Positions 21,795 to 34,918 are shown, counted from the whole stretch's first letter. The stretch is DNA of 63,893 nt, filler included, from Octopus bimaculoides (GCF_001194135.2; 5 parts of 4 records of this genome joined end to end with filler, not necessarily neighbours in it); one strand, 5' to 3'. Numbers and translations: made by a program. The notes: generated by a model from the letters alone, not told the origin.

Positions 21795-23152
21795 TTAATA
21801 GAGGAACTCGAAGCTTATGAATAAACCTTTCTACTATAGGGGCAAGGGGTTAGTTAATTACATTGACTCAGTGCACAACTGGTATTTATTCTATCAACCC
21901 TGAAAGGATAAAAGGTAAAATCAATCTAACTCAGAATGGTGCTGCAAAGCATTCTGTCCAGTGTGCTAAATGGTTCTGCCAACATTTTGATATCAGATTG
22001 AAAAATCTTGGTGATTGAGGAGTCTGTTTAGCAATATATAAGATTTAAAATTTTTATTTTGTTAGTTTTGTTTCTCCTGGTGGTGTGTGTGTGTGTAATA
22101 TATTATTTTCCATATATTCTAAGAAAAATTTCACTATCAAAAGAGGATAGAATATTCATTAAAAATGGCACGATATAATGGTATAATCCTATTCAATGTA
22201 ATGGTAATCCGATTTGTTTGGATATACCTGCTTCAACTACCTTGGGTAGTCCAGGCGGCTGACAGTAAGAATTGCTCGAGAGTAAGAATAGCTATCCTGG
22301 AATCCCTGAGCCATGGCAGTCAGTGGGTGGGTGGTGGGTAAAGTTTTGGGGTTAAGGTGAGTGGGGTAATGAATCGATGCAGTCTTTAAATGAAAGTTGT
22401 GATGTAAGGTGGAAATGTGAAGAGGGAAAGAGAGGGAAGGATGCGCCACGGACTTCAGTCGTGTATCAGTTTATATTAATTAAAGCTAACGAGATTGACT
22501 AAGCAAACCCGTTAATAAGCTGTTTCAGCCATCTTCGTCGTGTTTTATTCGAAGTATTCTATCCAAGACAACATAACGCAATATTTTCTTCCTCTTTTGC
22601 GATGCTATAGTGAGAATTGGCTGTTATTTTTAGCAGCCCGACTGACTACATTAACACCTCATGGTGTGTGTATGTGTGTGTCTAAATTGTGCATATATAT
22701 TTTCCGTATAAAAAGTAAACGAGGCAAAACATTTGCATGCACACGATGCGTATGTATGTATGTATGTATGTAGGTACATATATATATATACATATATTCA
22801 TATGCATAGAAGGCATATGCAAAGCATATCTATATTTCCCGCCGCTCCTTCTCCTCTTCCTCCTCCTCCTCCTCTATCGTTCTCTTTTTTTTTTCTTAGT
22901 CTAGTGTATTTTATATTCGCTTCTATTATCTTTATTTGGCCTCCAACCAATGTAAACAGATTCCAGATAGCTGTGAACAACAATATACTACATCTGTTAC
23001 TCATTTTCTGGCAGCTATCTGACTAGGCTCCGGGGAATCTTGATCTCTTGCCAGTCAGGCTTTCAGTTCAGACCGTCTCTTTCTCTCCCCCCCCTCTCTC
23101 TCTCTGTATTCTTCTCTTTCGTTGCTAACACAAATACTCACTCGCACACATG

Positions 23153-23187
<35 letters not shown>

Positions 23188-24217
23188 ACACATGTACTTT
23201 CGCTTTCTTTACTCGTTTTTCATCTACGCACACATGCACGCGCACATTTGCTTTCTCTTCTTCTTCTTCGCACTCTCTCTCTCTCTCTCATTCTCTCTCT
23301 CTTTCAATGCTCACACCCATTCACACATACACACACGCACGCGTATCTTTTCTTCTCCGCTCTCTGTATCTCTCCCTTTTTTCACACACACACAAACACA
23401 CAGGTTCCTCTCTCCCTCCCACACATATCCTCACACACGCTCGCCCATCTCTATATACACATGCAAACAAAATTTTGTTTTAATCAATCGCCTCTTTCTT
23501 CTCCCTCTCTCTCTTTCTCTCTCCCTTTCTGTTTTATAACCTTTTCCTTTAATTCGCCACCTTTTCTTTTGTTTTTCATTGTTCTTTTTCCTTATTCATC
23601 ATCTTGTCTTAATTTTCCTTTTCTCATCTCCACTACTCACCCCCCTCTCTGTTTTTCTAAGTTTTTTCCTTTTTCAATATATCTTAATTTTCTTTTATTT
23701 CCAACTCTCTCTCTCTTGCACTGTTTCTTTCTCTCTCTCTCTCTCGCTCGCTAAAATAGACATGCTTCTCAATTTAGATATCTTTATATTCTGCCGTAGC
23801 TGATGATGATGATGAGAAGGAGGATGAAAATATATCTGTATTCAAGGTTATGGATACTTCCTTTCTTAGTACTGAACGTTGCTGGGTCTATGTAATTGCT
23901 ATTACAATTAGAGAAGGAGTGAGAGAGTTAATGAATAGATAGAGAGATTAAGGTACGAAGACAGGGAGGGAGAGTTTCATGAATAGAGTGAGGAACGAAG
24001 GGGAGGGAGGCAGAGAGAGAGAGGGAGAGAGAGGAAGAAAGAGAGATTTACATGATTAAATAGTGTAGAAGGACGGGAGAAATATAGAGAAAGTTACATA
24101 GAGAGAGAGAGAGAAAGAAAGGAAGGGAGGGGAGAGGCAGAGCGGGGCAGACCTAACTTAATACTCGTTTCTTACGGTTTATGGTTTATTTCATCTATTT
24201 CGTTCTTATTTATATAG

Positions 24218-24284
24218 GATCTTTGCCCACTGCTAATATCTCAGCAGTTTTTAATGAAAAACTAAAACTGCCACAGGCTAAAAG
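24218..24284 (+). CDS. Candidate orphan exon (SLPTANISAVFNEKLKLPQAK)
   Basis: Acceptor ttcgttcttatttatatag, donor AAG|gtgaaa. Only one frame is open, and it stays in frame with an acceptor at 24348 after a 64-nt intron. Confidence 0.35.
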
Positions 24285-25123
24285 GTGAAATATGAACACA
24301 AGAGAGAGAATGTGTTTTTGTTTTTCCTGATCTGTGTGGTCCCACCAGGGAAGGTGGAGCCGAACTGCCCCCCCCNNNNNNNNNNNNNNNNNNNNNNNNN
24401 NNNNNNNTTCCTTCCTTCCTTCCTTCCTCGCCATCATCGTTAATGACTGGATCACTGATTCTAGTCTCATCAGACCTTCCCCTTAACACTCGATCTATCG
24501 CTTTTCTTTCTTTCTTTCTTTCCCCGGTGTATGCCTACATAACAATACAATTGCATTCGGAAACAGGTACATACGCGTCATAATTATTCATTAATTCATG
24601 CCCCACATGCTTAAAAACTGGTGCACTCATGCATGTACGCACGCACAATCGCTTTTAAAACAATCCAACGCACACTTGCAGACACAAACGTAATTAGACC
24701 TCACACAGAATAACAGAGTTTTACAGAAACAAGTGTACAGGTTTTCAAATAAATAAATGGGCAGAAAGCACATGATCCTACGTACATAAATTGCAGAGAA
24801 ACATGGCATATGATTTCACAATTAAACACCGAAACTCGTTAAAAGCTATTGCGGTATTTCAATACTACACACATACAACATATTTGAGCCAAACAGGAAG
24901 TCTCTGTGTGGTCGTTCGGCCTGTTAGAAATAACAGCCAAATCTCTCTGAATTCGCTCAACGAACTTTTGGCTTTATAGACTAGTTTCAGCGTGTTTGAC
25001 CCCTTATCAATATAGACTAGCTGAACCCAGGCGGAGGCAAAGAATACTCACACAACCCGTATTCGGTGTAACAAAAACCCTAACCCTAAACATCAGGTGT
25101 GCGTATTCTTTACCTTCGTCTAT

Positions 25124-25165
<42 letters not shown>

Positions 25166-26205
25166 GAGAGTATTGTAGTTCGCTTGAAGCATCGTGTATT
25201 GTTTGTAAAAATAATGTGTTTTGGATGGCACAACAATGCACTATAGTAACAACTGATGTGTCAGCACACACGATCTTGAGACATGGCCGCCCTCATGCAC
25301 TTCCCATAACGACTTCCATTAACAACTTTGCCCAGACTTGTGCCTCCAAGGGTAACCTTCTAGGTGCAATCCCATGGTCATTCATGACTCACACACATTC
25401 AGTTTCTGTCTAGCAAACTTTCACTTGCCCATGGTGTCACACAGTGAGACTGAACCTGAAACCATGTGATTTGGAGCTGCACTCTTACCTTTGATGATGG
25501 AATCAGACATGTTGTATGTCTGGTTTTAGACCTAATGCAAGTTGTAGTTGATGGTGATGATAACTATGATGATGATAATGGCGATAATGATTGTGATGAT
25601 GATGATGATGATGATGTTTGGCGTTATCGATCCAGATAATTAGGGAAACAACTTTAAAAAAAATTAGGCTTCAGTTTTTCTTGTCAGAGAATCAACATTC
25701 AGGTGATCCAGCTAAGCTTTATCTTTGTTCTGATGGATCTTAATTAACTTCTAATTAATTTTAACTATTCATGCTTTCACGATTCTCGTTAATTTTCATT
25801 CACACTTTGATTAAAAATCTCGATTCGTGACAAAACTGACTAAATAAATTTTAAAACAATATACTCAGCTAGAGTGCCAACCACCTATGTATAGTTGTTA
25901 TGCGGTTTGCTTCTGATTGAACGTGACCCCTATGGAAGAGGGGGTACCCAAGGACTCTACTCCAACAACCCTGCTAGAAATAGTGTGCGGAAATGATGGA
26001 TGGATACTGTCTTTGCTTGTTTCAGCCATTTGACTGCGGCCATGCTGGAGCACCACCTTTAGTCGAAGAAATCGACCCCAGGACTTATTCTTTGAAAGTC
26101 TAGTACTTATTCTGTCGGTCTCTTTTGCTGAACTGCTAAGTTATGGGGATGTAAACGCAGCAACATCGGTTGTCAAGCGATGTTGGGGGACAGACACACA
26201 AACAT

Positions 26206-26254
<49 letters not shown>

Positions 26255-26704
26255 ATGGGCTTCTTTCAGTTTCCGTCTACCAAATCCACTCACAAGGCTT
26301 TGGTCAGCCTGAAGCTATAGTAGAAGACACTTGCCCAAGGTGCCACGCAGTGGGAATGAACCCGGAACCATGTGGTTGGTGGACACTTTGTATAGATAGA
26401 GGTGAAAACTTTGTCTTCGTGCACAATATCTCGTAGTTGGGAAAAGCGGGATCGACAGGACTAGTTTCAAGCCTTTCTTGGGATTTCCTTCACAGAAGGT
26501 TGTACCTTGGGGGTCCTTCCTAAAGTATGGTCGACATTCTGATGGAGGTCAGTGGGAATGTGTGTGTGGGTGTTCATGAAAGTAGGATACTGACCATGGA
26601 GCTGTATATGTGCCACATTTGTATCCTGTCTGATGCAAGTGTAAACGATAAAACCGGTTTAAAACCATTTTGGTATTTTGTCTTCTTTCTGTCCATGAAA
26701 ATGT

Positions 26705-26738
<34 letters not shown>

Positions 26739-27123
26739 TATGTTATATATGGCTGTCTGGTTAAGAAACTCACATTACAACTGTCTTCTACAACTGTCAA
26801 TCCAATGCCTTGTAAGTGAATTTGATTGTGTATGTGTGATTGATTGTGCGTCTTGGTGTTGGTTTGTTTACATCCCTGTTTCGAGCATATGCTCTTCAAC
26901 AGAAAGGAATATGAGGAAATAGATAGAGAGAAAATGAAAAAAAAATGTGTCGATTTAGTGGCCAAGCATGGCAGTTGGCATTAGGAAGGGCATCTAGCCA
27001 TAAAAATCATGTCAAATCGGACTAGAGTCTAGTACAGCCTTCCAGCCCTGGTCAAACCGTCCAACCCATGCCAGCATAGATAATGGACGTTAAATGATAA
27101 TGATACACACACACACACACACT

Positions 27124-27327
27124 TATACATTATTTACATTTGACTGATATTTGTCCTCATCTTGTATGTTGTTAACACGTTTCGGCTGATATTACACTCC
27201 AGCCTTCATCAGGTGTCTTGGGGGAAATTTCGAACCTGGGTTCTCTAACAACAAACTAGATGAGGACAAATATCTGTCAAATGTAAATAATGTACATAAT
27301 TCCTCATCTCCTAAATATAGAACTGTA
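27124..27327. mobile_element. PLE pLTR-derived repeat, inverted pair (minus copy plus forward tail)
   Basis: Same sequence family as 6299-6735. Its HHR (27174-27216, minus) has a 3-nt deletion at the cleavage site and stem I. Confidence 0.75.
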
Positions 27328-28219
27328 TTAACACACACACACACACATGTTTATGAAGAGGCAGTTCTAGTCTTCCTCGACCAACTTTAAACTTTACCAA
27401 TAGTTGTTGAAGCAGAGATGACAGCATCACTAAGCAGATGCACTGTAATGCAGACGATTAGAATTTAGTGAATTCTAGAGAAGTGAAATGACCGAAGGGC
27501 ATGAAGGACACTAGCTAAAACGAGTGTTTGCCTTAGTTAATGTAGTGAACACTAAAAAGCTAATTAGAAATAATTTTGTTGTGAAGCACAGAGAATATTA
27601 GTTTCTGCTTCAAGACAAGCCTGTATAACATATACTTTCTGAAATCTAAGTAAAATATATTGTGTTATAAAAATGGTCATGTGTATATGTGTAAGGTGGG
27701 GGATAACTCACTAAAATTCATGTCTTATTTATGATTTGTAATTAAAAAATATGGCCTAGTGGTCAGGTTACCCTTGGAGGCACAAGTCTGGGCAAAGCTG
27801 TTAATGGAAGACCATCAGTTGCCCATGCATACCAGCCTCTCCACACCACTGATGTTATCCAAGGAAAGGCGGTGTGCTGGCAGAAACATTAGCACGCCGG
27901 GCGAAATCCTTAATGGTATTTCGTCTGCTGTTATGTTCTGAGTTCAAATTCCGCCATGGTCGACTTTGCCTTTCATCCTTTCGGAGTCAATAAATTAAGT
28001 ACCAGTTATGCACTGAGGTCGATGTAATCGACTTAATCCCTTTGTCTGTCCTTGTTTAGCCCCTTGTGGGCAATAAAGAAAGAAATAAGGCAAAGGCAAG
28101 GGCTGATACAACTTGGCACCAGTGACATCGCAACTCAATGTGAAATGAAGTGTCTCGCTCAAGAACACAACATGCAGCTCAGTCCAGTAATTGAACTCAC
28201 TACCTCGTGATTGTAACCC

Positions 28220-28556
28220 CTACACTGTAACCATTAAACACATCGCCTGACTGGCTCCTGTAGGATTTTCGAGCGAGATCGTTGCCAGTGCCCCTGGACT
28301 GGCTTGTGCGGGTGGCACATAAAAGACACCATTTCGAGCGTGGCCGTTTTCGTGCGGGTGATACGTAAAAGCACCCACTACACTCTCTGAGTGGTTGGCG
28401 TTAGGAAGGGCATCCAGCTGTAGAAACTCTGCCAAATCAGACTGGAGCCTGGTGTTGCCATCCGGTTTCACCAGTCCTCAGTCAAATCGTCCAACCCATG
28501 CTAGCATGGAAAGCGGACGTTAAACGATGATGATGATGATGATGATGATGATGATA
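28220..28556 (+). mobile_element. SINE-like family C with (GAT)n tail
   Basis: Motif GAGTGGTTGGCGTTAGGAAGGGCATCCAGCTGTAGAAA...GCTAGCATGGAAAGCGGACGTTAAAC(GAT)n. Partial copies at 17570-17725, 26960-27100, 30740-30890, 31000-31120(-), 35030-35160, 35500-35600(-) and 37470-37650. An RTE-type tail is suspected but not verified. Confidence 0.7.
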
Positions 28557-28723
28557 AACGGCTAATTTAGCTTTTTCTTCGTAGATTGAAAACTCTGAAT
28601 GACCTTAAATGATTTCAGAGATATCTACATCAATTTGACCGATTCCAGAGAAACAAGTAACCAATCTTTTGCTTTACATAAAAATGTGTATTTCATAATT
28701 ATTAAGCTAACATCATTTTTATG

Positions 28724-29013
28724 TACATTATTTACAATTGATGGATATTTGTTCTCATCCTGTTAGCTGTTAACACGACATTTCGGCTGATATACCCTCC
28801 AGCCTTCATAATAATAATAACATTGAAAAATACCTTAGGAATGAGAACCCAGGTTCAAAATTTCCCCAAGACACCTGATGAAGGCTGGAAGGTATATCAG
28901 CTGGAATATTGTGTTAACAATAAACAAGATGAGAACAAATATCCGTCAAATGTAAATAATGAAAATAATGTAAATAATGTACATAATTCCTCGTCTCTTA
29001 AATATAGAACTGT
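28724..29013. mobile_element. PLE pLTR-derived repeat, inverted pair (truncated minus copy plus full forward copy)
   Basis: Same family. The plus-strand HHR (28871-28914) has GAAA>GGAA. The minus copy lacks CTG but retains a GUC triplet. Confidence 0.75.
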
Positions 29014-29535
29014 ATCATTTTCTGTTATCTGGTCCAAGCGTGGGTTGGATAGATCTGCATTATGTGTGGTCTTAAATTTTTTCAACCCTATTTCATCACT
29101 GTTCTTTTCTGTATTGTTTTGCAATATGTTTTAAAGCACATAGTTATAGTTATATAAGCTGTCATCAAACAGCTTGTCTGGATGGGCCTTGTTGTTAGAC
29201 ACCACAGACGAACCTTGCTATTCAAGGGGTTGCATAGATAGAGCCTGTTTATTGTGAGGCCCTGTGAGGGTGCTCCCCCAATGTAAACAAAATTAGACTA
29301 CAAAAACAAATGCAGACAGATTTCTCTTGATATAATATTTATTTTGTATTGTAGCTAAAAGATAAGCAGAAACACACACACACACACACACACACATTGA
29401 TAACTGATATTTGAATTATAGTTTTAGAATACATATATACACATACAAACACATACGCATACATACATGCATACTTACACACACACATAGATATACACAC
29501 TCACATGCATGCGTGTGTGAGTGTGTGTGTGTGAG

Positions 29536-29573
<38 letters not shown>

Positions 29574-31687
29574 ATATATGTATGTATATGTATATGTATA
29601 TACGTGCATGCTTGCTGCAGCTCTCTTTTAGATCTTTGTCTCTGTTCAGGGGATTTACCACCCACAGTAAACTCTGATATGGTATGCCACCCTAATATAT
29701 AATGTGCTCTGAGTACAAGGGTAGCAGGAACCTTCTAGTTTGGCTGTTCTTTTATATCAGATTAGAATATTTATTCTTAGGAAAAGGCTCTGACTTCAGT
29801 GTGTGCTCAAGTTAAAAGCTAAGTTAGCTAAATTATCTAAATCAGAGGAATGTCAGTGGCTTAACTTAGTGATAAAGAGATAGACTCGGATTAGGTAAAA
29901 ATGTTCTAAGATTTAAAATTCTTTAAATGTATGTAACCTGGGATTACTTTTTTAAATAGTTTCAGACGTGTTTTTCTTTGTGTTTTTTTCGTCCCCACCA
30001 CCACCATCACTTTTTTTTTTTTTGCTACTGTTTGTATTTTTTACTTGTTTCAGTCATTAGACTGTGACCCTGCTGGAGCACCATCTTAAAGAATTTTAGT
30101 TGAACAAATCAGTCCCAGTGTTTTTTTTTGTTTTGTAAGACCTGGTACTTATTCTGTTCATGTCATTTGCTGAACCACTAAGCTAGGGGGGGATGTAAAC
30201 ACACCAACACCAGTTGTCAAGCTGTGTTGGGGGACAAACATCCATATACACGACGGGCTTTTTTCAGTNNNNNNNNNNNNNCAAGGGGCTACACACAGAA
30301 GGGACAAACAAGAACAGATAAAAGAATTAAGTTGATTACATCGACCCCAGTGCATAACTGGCACATAATTTATCGACCCCGAAAGGATGAAAGGCAAAGT
30401 CGATCTCGGCGGAATTTGAACTCAGAGCGTAAAGATAAACGAAATACCGCTAAGCATTTCACCCAGCGTGCTAACGATTCTGCCAGCTCACCACCTTAAC
30501 TGGTTTCTTTCAGTTTCTGCCTACCAAATCCACTCACAAGGCTTTGGTCAACCTAAGGACACTTGTCTAAAGTACCACACAGTAGGACTGAACCTGGAAC
30601 CAAGTGGCTGGGAAGCAAACTTCTTACCACACAACCGCAACTGCATCTACATGCTTGAAATTCTAAAATAGGTTGAATGCAATCCTCTGCCCTATTTAAC
30701 TCTATCTTTCTCCCCATTTGTTACTATTAATGAGTTGTAAGGATGCGGTTGGCGTTAGGAAGGGCATCCAGCTGTAGAAACCTTGCCAGAACAGATTGGA
30801 GCCTGGTGCAGCCTACTGGCTTGGCAGTCCTCAGTCAAACTGTCCAACCCAAGCCAGCTTGGAAAATGGACATTAAACGGTGATGATGATGGTACATATA
30901 TCTTTATATAAATAACTATACAAATGTCCCAATGCAGTAGCTGTATAAATTACCTAAGCCACATTTGAACTCAGTAACTTTATTTCTCATGCAGCCATCT
31001 TCATCATCATTTAACATCCACTTTTTTGTGCTTGCATGGGTCAGATGGAACTTTTGGGGGTAAATTTTCTATGGCTGGGTGCCCTTCCTATCACCAACCC
31101 TCACCTGTTTTCAAGCAAGGTAATAATATTTCTCTATAGCCAGATATGTTTTCTATGGAAGACCAGAAGTGAACATCACTTGTATAAGTGTAATGCTTTG
31201 TGTGTGTGTGTGTTTGTGTTTGGCTTAAAAAAAAACACTTGAAGGCAGTGCTCCAGTATGGCTACAGTCAAATGATTGAGACAAGTAAAAGAATACTCAC
31301 GCATACACATGATGGGCTTCTTTCAGTTTCTGTCTACCAGATCCATTCACAAGACTTGGTCAGTCTAAAGCTGAAAGAGAAAACACTTACCCTTACATAC
31401 TGCACAGTGAGAATGAACTCGGGAACACATGGTTGGGAAGGAAGCTCTTTAACCATACAGCCATGCCCATGCCAGTGTTGTCTCGGCATTCATGTTCTCT
31501 CAGACCTCTCCGCATCTCGACACAAGCTAAAAACAGCGTGTCGGCTAATAAAGTGTGAAATGTGAAGGCTGTTGAATTTGTTTTTGAGATGGAAGCGTAG
31601 CAAATGAACAATCACTAACCGTGTTACGAAAGAAATATAACGAATAATAAGATATTATTTCTTATTTCTTTAAAGTCTGGCATTTAC

Positions 31688-31794
31688 GTCTGGGTGAAAC
31701 GATTGAACAATCTGTCTAGACAAGAATAATATAAGCCTAGCTGCAAGGAAATCGCACAAGGGTGTCTCGTGTCGCAGATCGTTTGGTACATTAA
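31688..31794 (-). CDS. Candidate exon ((L)NVPNDLRHETPLCDFLAARLILFLSRQIVQSFHPD)
   Basis: Very strong polypyrimidine acceptor (ttttttctttttctcttaatatag), donor gtaaat. 107 nt. Confidence 0.4.
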
Positions 31795-32419
31795 CTATAT
31801 TAAGAGAAAAAGAAAAAAAATGAAGGAAGAAAATTCTAGAAAACTGAAACAACCCTTTGAAAACAAACTGAAAATGCAATTGCTAGTGCAGTATATAAGC
31901 ACTTTGGTGGTTTTTAATGGAAAAATGGAACATCAGACATGTAGATAAAGAAATTGCATCTTTGATATTTTTTTTACTCCATTCCATCCCAATGCATCAT
32001 TGTTTTTTTTTTTGGGGCGGGGGGGGGTATTGTATTTTATTTATTTATTTACTCATTTGTTTGTTCAGTGACAGCTCTGCAGCAAATGCAGATGACTGAA
32101 GCAATTAAATGTATTAATTTTTGTTGACTTTGATAGTAGCCGTAGTGGTGGTGGTGGTGGCAGCGACGAGTAATGGTGGTGGTGGTAGTAGTAGTGTGTG
32201 TGTGGGGGGGCTATATGGTTGTGTGTGTGTGTGTGTGGGGGGGGGCTCTATGGTTGTGTGTGTGTGTGTGTGTGGCTGTGTGTGTGTGTGTGTGAGCTTA
32301 GGAACTGTTTCTGCTTTCCTTCGCCATGGTTCCACTCTCCATTATCATTTTTAACTCTGGGAATACCAGAACCGATTGGCACTGCTGTAAACATTGTTTG
32401 TATTTCACTTGATTCTTAC

Positions 32420-32494
32420 GAACCGAACCGTCATCATTCTGTTGATAGGTTTCCTCTCTTCTCTTCCATGGCAACCATGGAATAGATCTGAGAT
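32420..32494 (-). CDS. Candidate exon ((D)LRSIPWLPWKRREETYQQNDDGSV or ISDLFHGCHGREERKPINRMMTVRF)
   Basis: Acceptor aactctgcctcag, donor gtaaga. 75 nt, in frame with the 34132-34203 exon in two frames. Confidence 0.4.
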
Positions 32495-32827
32495 CTGAGG
32501 CAGAGTTTAGAGAACAATCATTGGAAAAGTTTTAGAACAGTGACTAAATCACTTCTCTGTGTGTTGGGCATGGCTGTGTGGTTAGGGAGCTTGCTTCCAA
32601 ACCCTGTGATTTGGGTTTTAGTCCCTATTGCGTGGCATCTTGGGTAAGCGTTTTCTCCTATAGTCCCAAAACTGACTAATGCCTTTTCAGTCAATTCGGT
32701 ATGTGAAAGCTGTGTAGAAGCCCATAATATATATGTGATGTGTGTGTGTGTGTGTGTGTTTATATATATAGGGGCAGGAATGACTGTGTGTCTTTACCCT
32801 TATATATATGTTGTTGTACTTGACGGA

Positions 32828-32859
<32 letters not shown>

Positions 32860-33013
32860 TCTGTGTATGTGTGTATATATATATATATATGTATATATGT
32901 ATATGTATATGTATATATGTATATGTATATATGTATATGTATATATGTATATGTATATATGTATATGTATATATATATATATGTATATATGTTTATATGT
33001 ATATGTATATATG

Positions 33014-33046
<33 letters not shown>

Positions 33047-34131
33047 GTATATATGTATATGTATATNNNNNNNNNNNNNNNNNNNNNNNNNNNNNNNNNN
33101 NNNNNNNNNNNNNNNNNNNNNNNNNNNNNNNNNNNNNNNNNNNNNNNNNNNNNNNNNNNNNNNNNNNNNNNNNNNNNNNNNNNNNNNNNNNNNNNNNNNN
33201 NNNNNNNNNNNNNNNNNNNNNNNNNNNNNNNNNNNNNNNNNNNNNNNNNNNNNNNNNNNNNNNNNNNNNNNNNNNNNNNNNNNNNNNNNNNNNNNNNNNN
33301 NNNNNNNNNNNNNNNNNNNNNNNNNNNNNNNNNNNNNNNNNNNNNNNNNNNNNNNNNNNNNNNNNNNNNNNNNNNNNNNNNNNNNNNNNNNNNNNNNNNN
33401 NNNNNNNNNNNNNNNNNNNNNNNNNNNNNNNNNNNNNNNNNNNNNNNNNNNNNNNNNNNNNNNNNNNNNNNNNNNNNNNNNNNNNNNNNNNNNNNNNNNN
33501 NNTATATGTATATATATATGTATATATATATGTATATATATATGTATATATATATGTATATATATATGTATATATATATGTATATGTATATATATGTATA
33601 TGTATATGTATATATATATATATGTATATGTATATGTATATATATATGTATATATCTATGTTGGTATATATATATGTGTGAGTGTATATCTGTGTGTGTG
33701 TGTATCATTGTGTCTGTTTTCCCTCCCTGCTCCTACTTGACAAACTAATATTGGTTATTATTATTATTATTATTCAGGTCACTGCCTGTAATCGAACATC
33801 CTTAGTTAGTTCACATCCTTGTAACTTAGCAGTTTGACCAAAGAGACCAATAGAATACATATCAGATTTAAGAAAGGAAGTCCTGGGGTTGATTTGTTCA
33901 ACTAAACCCTTCAAAGCATTGCCCCAGCATGGCCACATTCCGATGAGTTAAATTGGTAAAAGATGAAAGTTAAAATATATAACAGTACAAATGAAACAGG
34001 TGATAAACTATTGACCTATAAACTCACACATCATGATTTCAAATCTGCCTTGGGCATTTTATTTTGCTTATAAACTTTTCTAGAAGCGGTATATCGACAA
34101 GAATAAGCACCAAATTGGTTAGTGTTCTTAC

Positions 34132-34203
34132 CTGCATTGTTAGACTTAGATGCTGACTCTGGGAATATTGGTTTTGTAATTTCTTCCATTTCCTGTTACG
34201 CAA
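34132..34203 (-). CDS. Candidate exon of an unidentified minus-strand gene (MEEITKPIFPESASKSNNA, or alternative frame LRNRKWKKLQNQYSQSQHLSLTMQ)
   Basis: Acceptor ttttctaatctttgcttcag and donor CAG|gtaaga are both near-consensus. 72 nt. Confidence 0.5.
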
Positions 34204-34719
34204 CTGAAGCAAAGATTAGAAAAAGATTTTTCACTCCATGTGATGGAGAAGGAATTTCCTTTATTTGTTTATTATGTTGCCGATTTAAAAAAAAAACAAA
34301 AAAACTATCAGCTTTAAGCTAATTAAACGGATTTCTATGGCTTGTTGGTTTTAATTTATTTTATTTTTGGTAAATATAATTTTTCTTGATTGTTTTGATA
34401 ATTAAAAATAGTCGAGAAAAAAATAACGAAGTTATCAACTTGACCAAATCAAATTAAGATCCAGCCTGAGGGTTCTACTCACTGTTGATTTCTTTTCTTT
34501 TTTTTTGTTGATGTAAAAACTTAGAATTTAAAAAAGAACAAACAAAAAAAAGAAGAAAAGTCAATAAAGAATGGCTCCAAGGGCCACCACCATTATTCAG
34601 TTTCTCTTAATCGTATTTGCCTCAAACCCTTCAGTCATGCAAGGAACAAAACAACTCTCTCTATCCTTCTCTCTCTCTCTCTGTCCCCTTTCTTGCTCTC
34701 TCTGTTTCTCACACACACT

Positions 34720-34918
34720 CTCTCTCCCTGTCTATCTCTCTCTGTCTCTCTCCCTGTCTATCTCTCTCTGTCTCTCTCCCTGTCTATCTCTCTCTGTCTC
34801 TCTCCCTGTCTCTCTCCCTGTCTATCTCTCTCTGTCCCTCTCCCTGTCTATCTCTCTCTGTCTCTCTCCCTGTCTATCTCTCTCTATCTCTCTCCCTGTC
34901 TATCTCTCTCTGTCTCTC
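34720..34918. repeat. 26-bp minisatellite (TCTCTCCCTGTCTATCTCTCTCTGTC), about 7.5 units
   Basis: Directly visible tandem units, with one partial unit. Confidence 0.9.

Noticed and set aside
32464-32480. RFX X-box-like CTTCCATGGCAAC
   Set aside because: One consensus mismatch, and it lies inside a candidate exon with no promoter context.
34186-34203. CVTGNGRNY, a kringle-like motif in the third frame of exon 34132-34203
   Set aside because: The frame stops 11 codons later within the exon and no further kringle cysteines follow.
34720-34918. Regular direct repeats that could be mistaken for a CRISPR array (also 4596-4676)
   Set aside because: No unique spacers, no cas genes, eukaryotic context. 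These are minisatellites.
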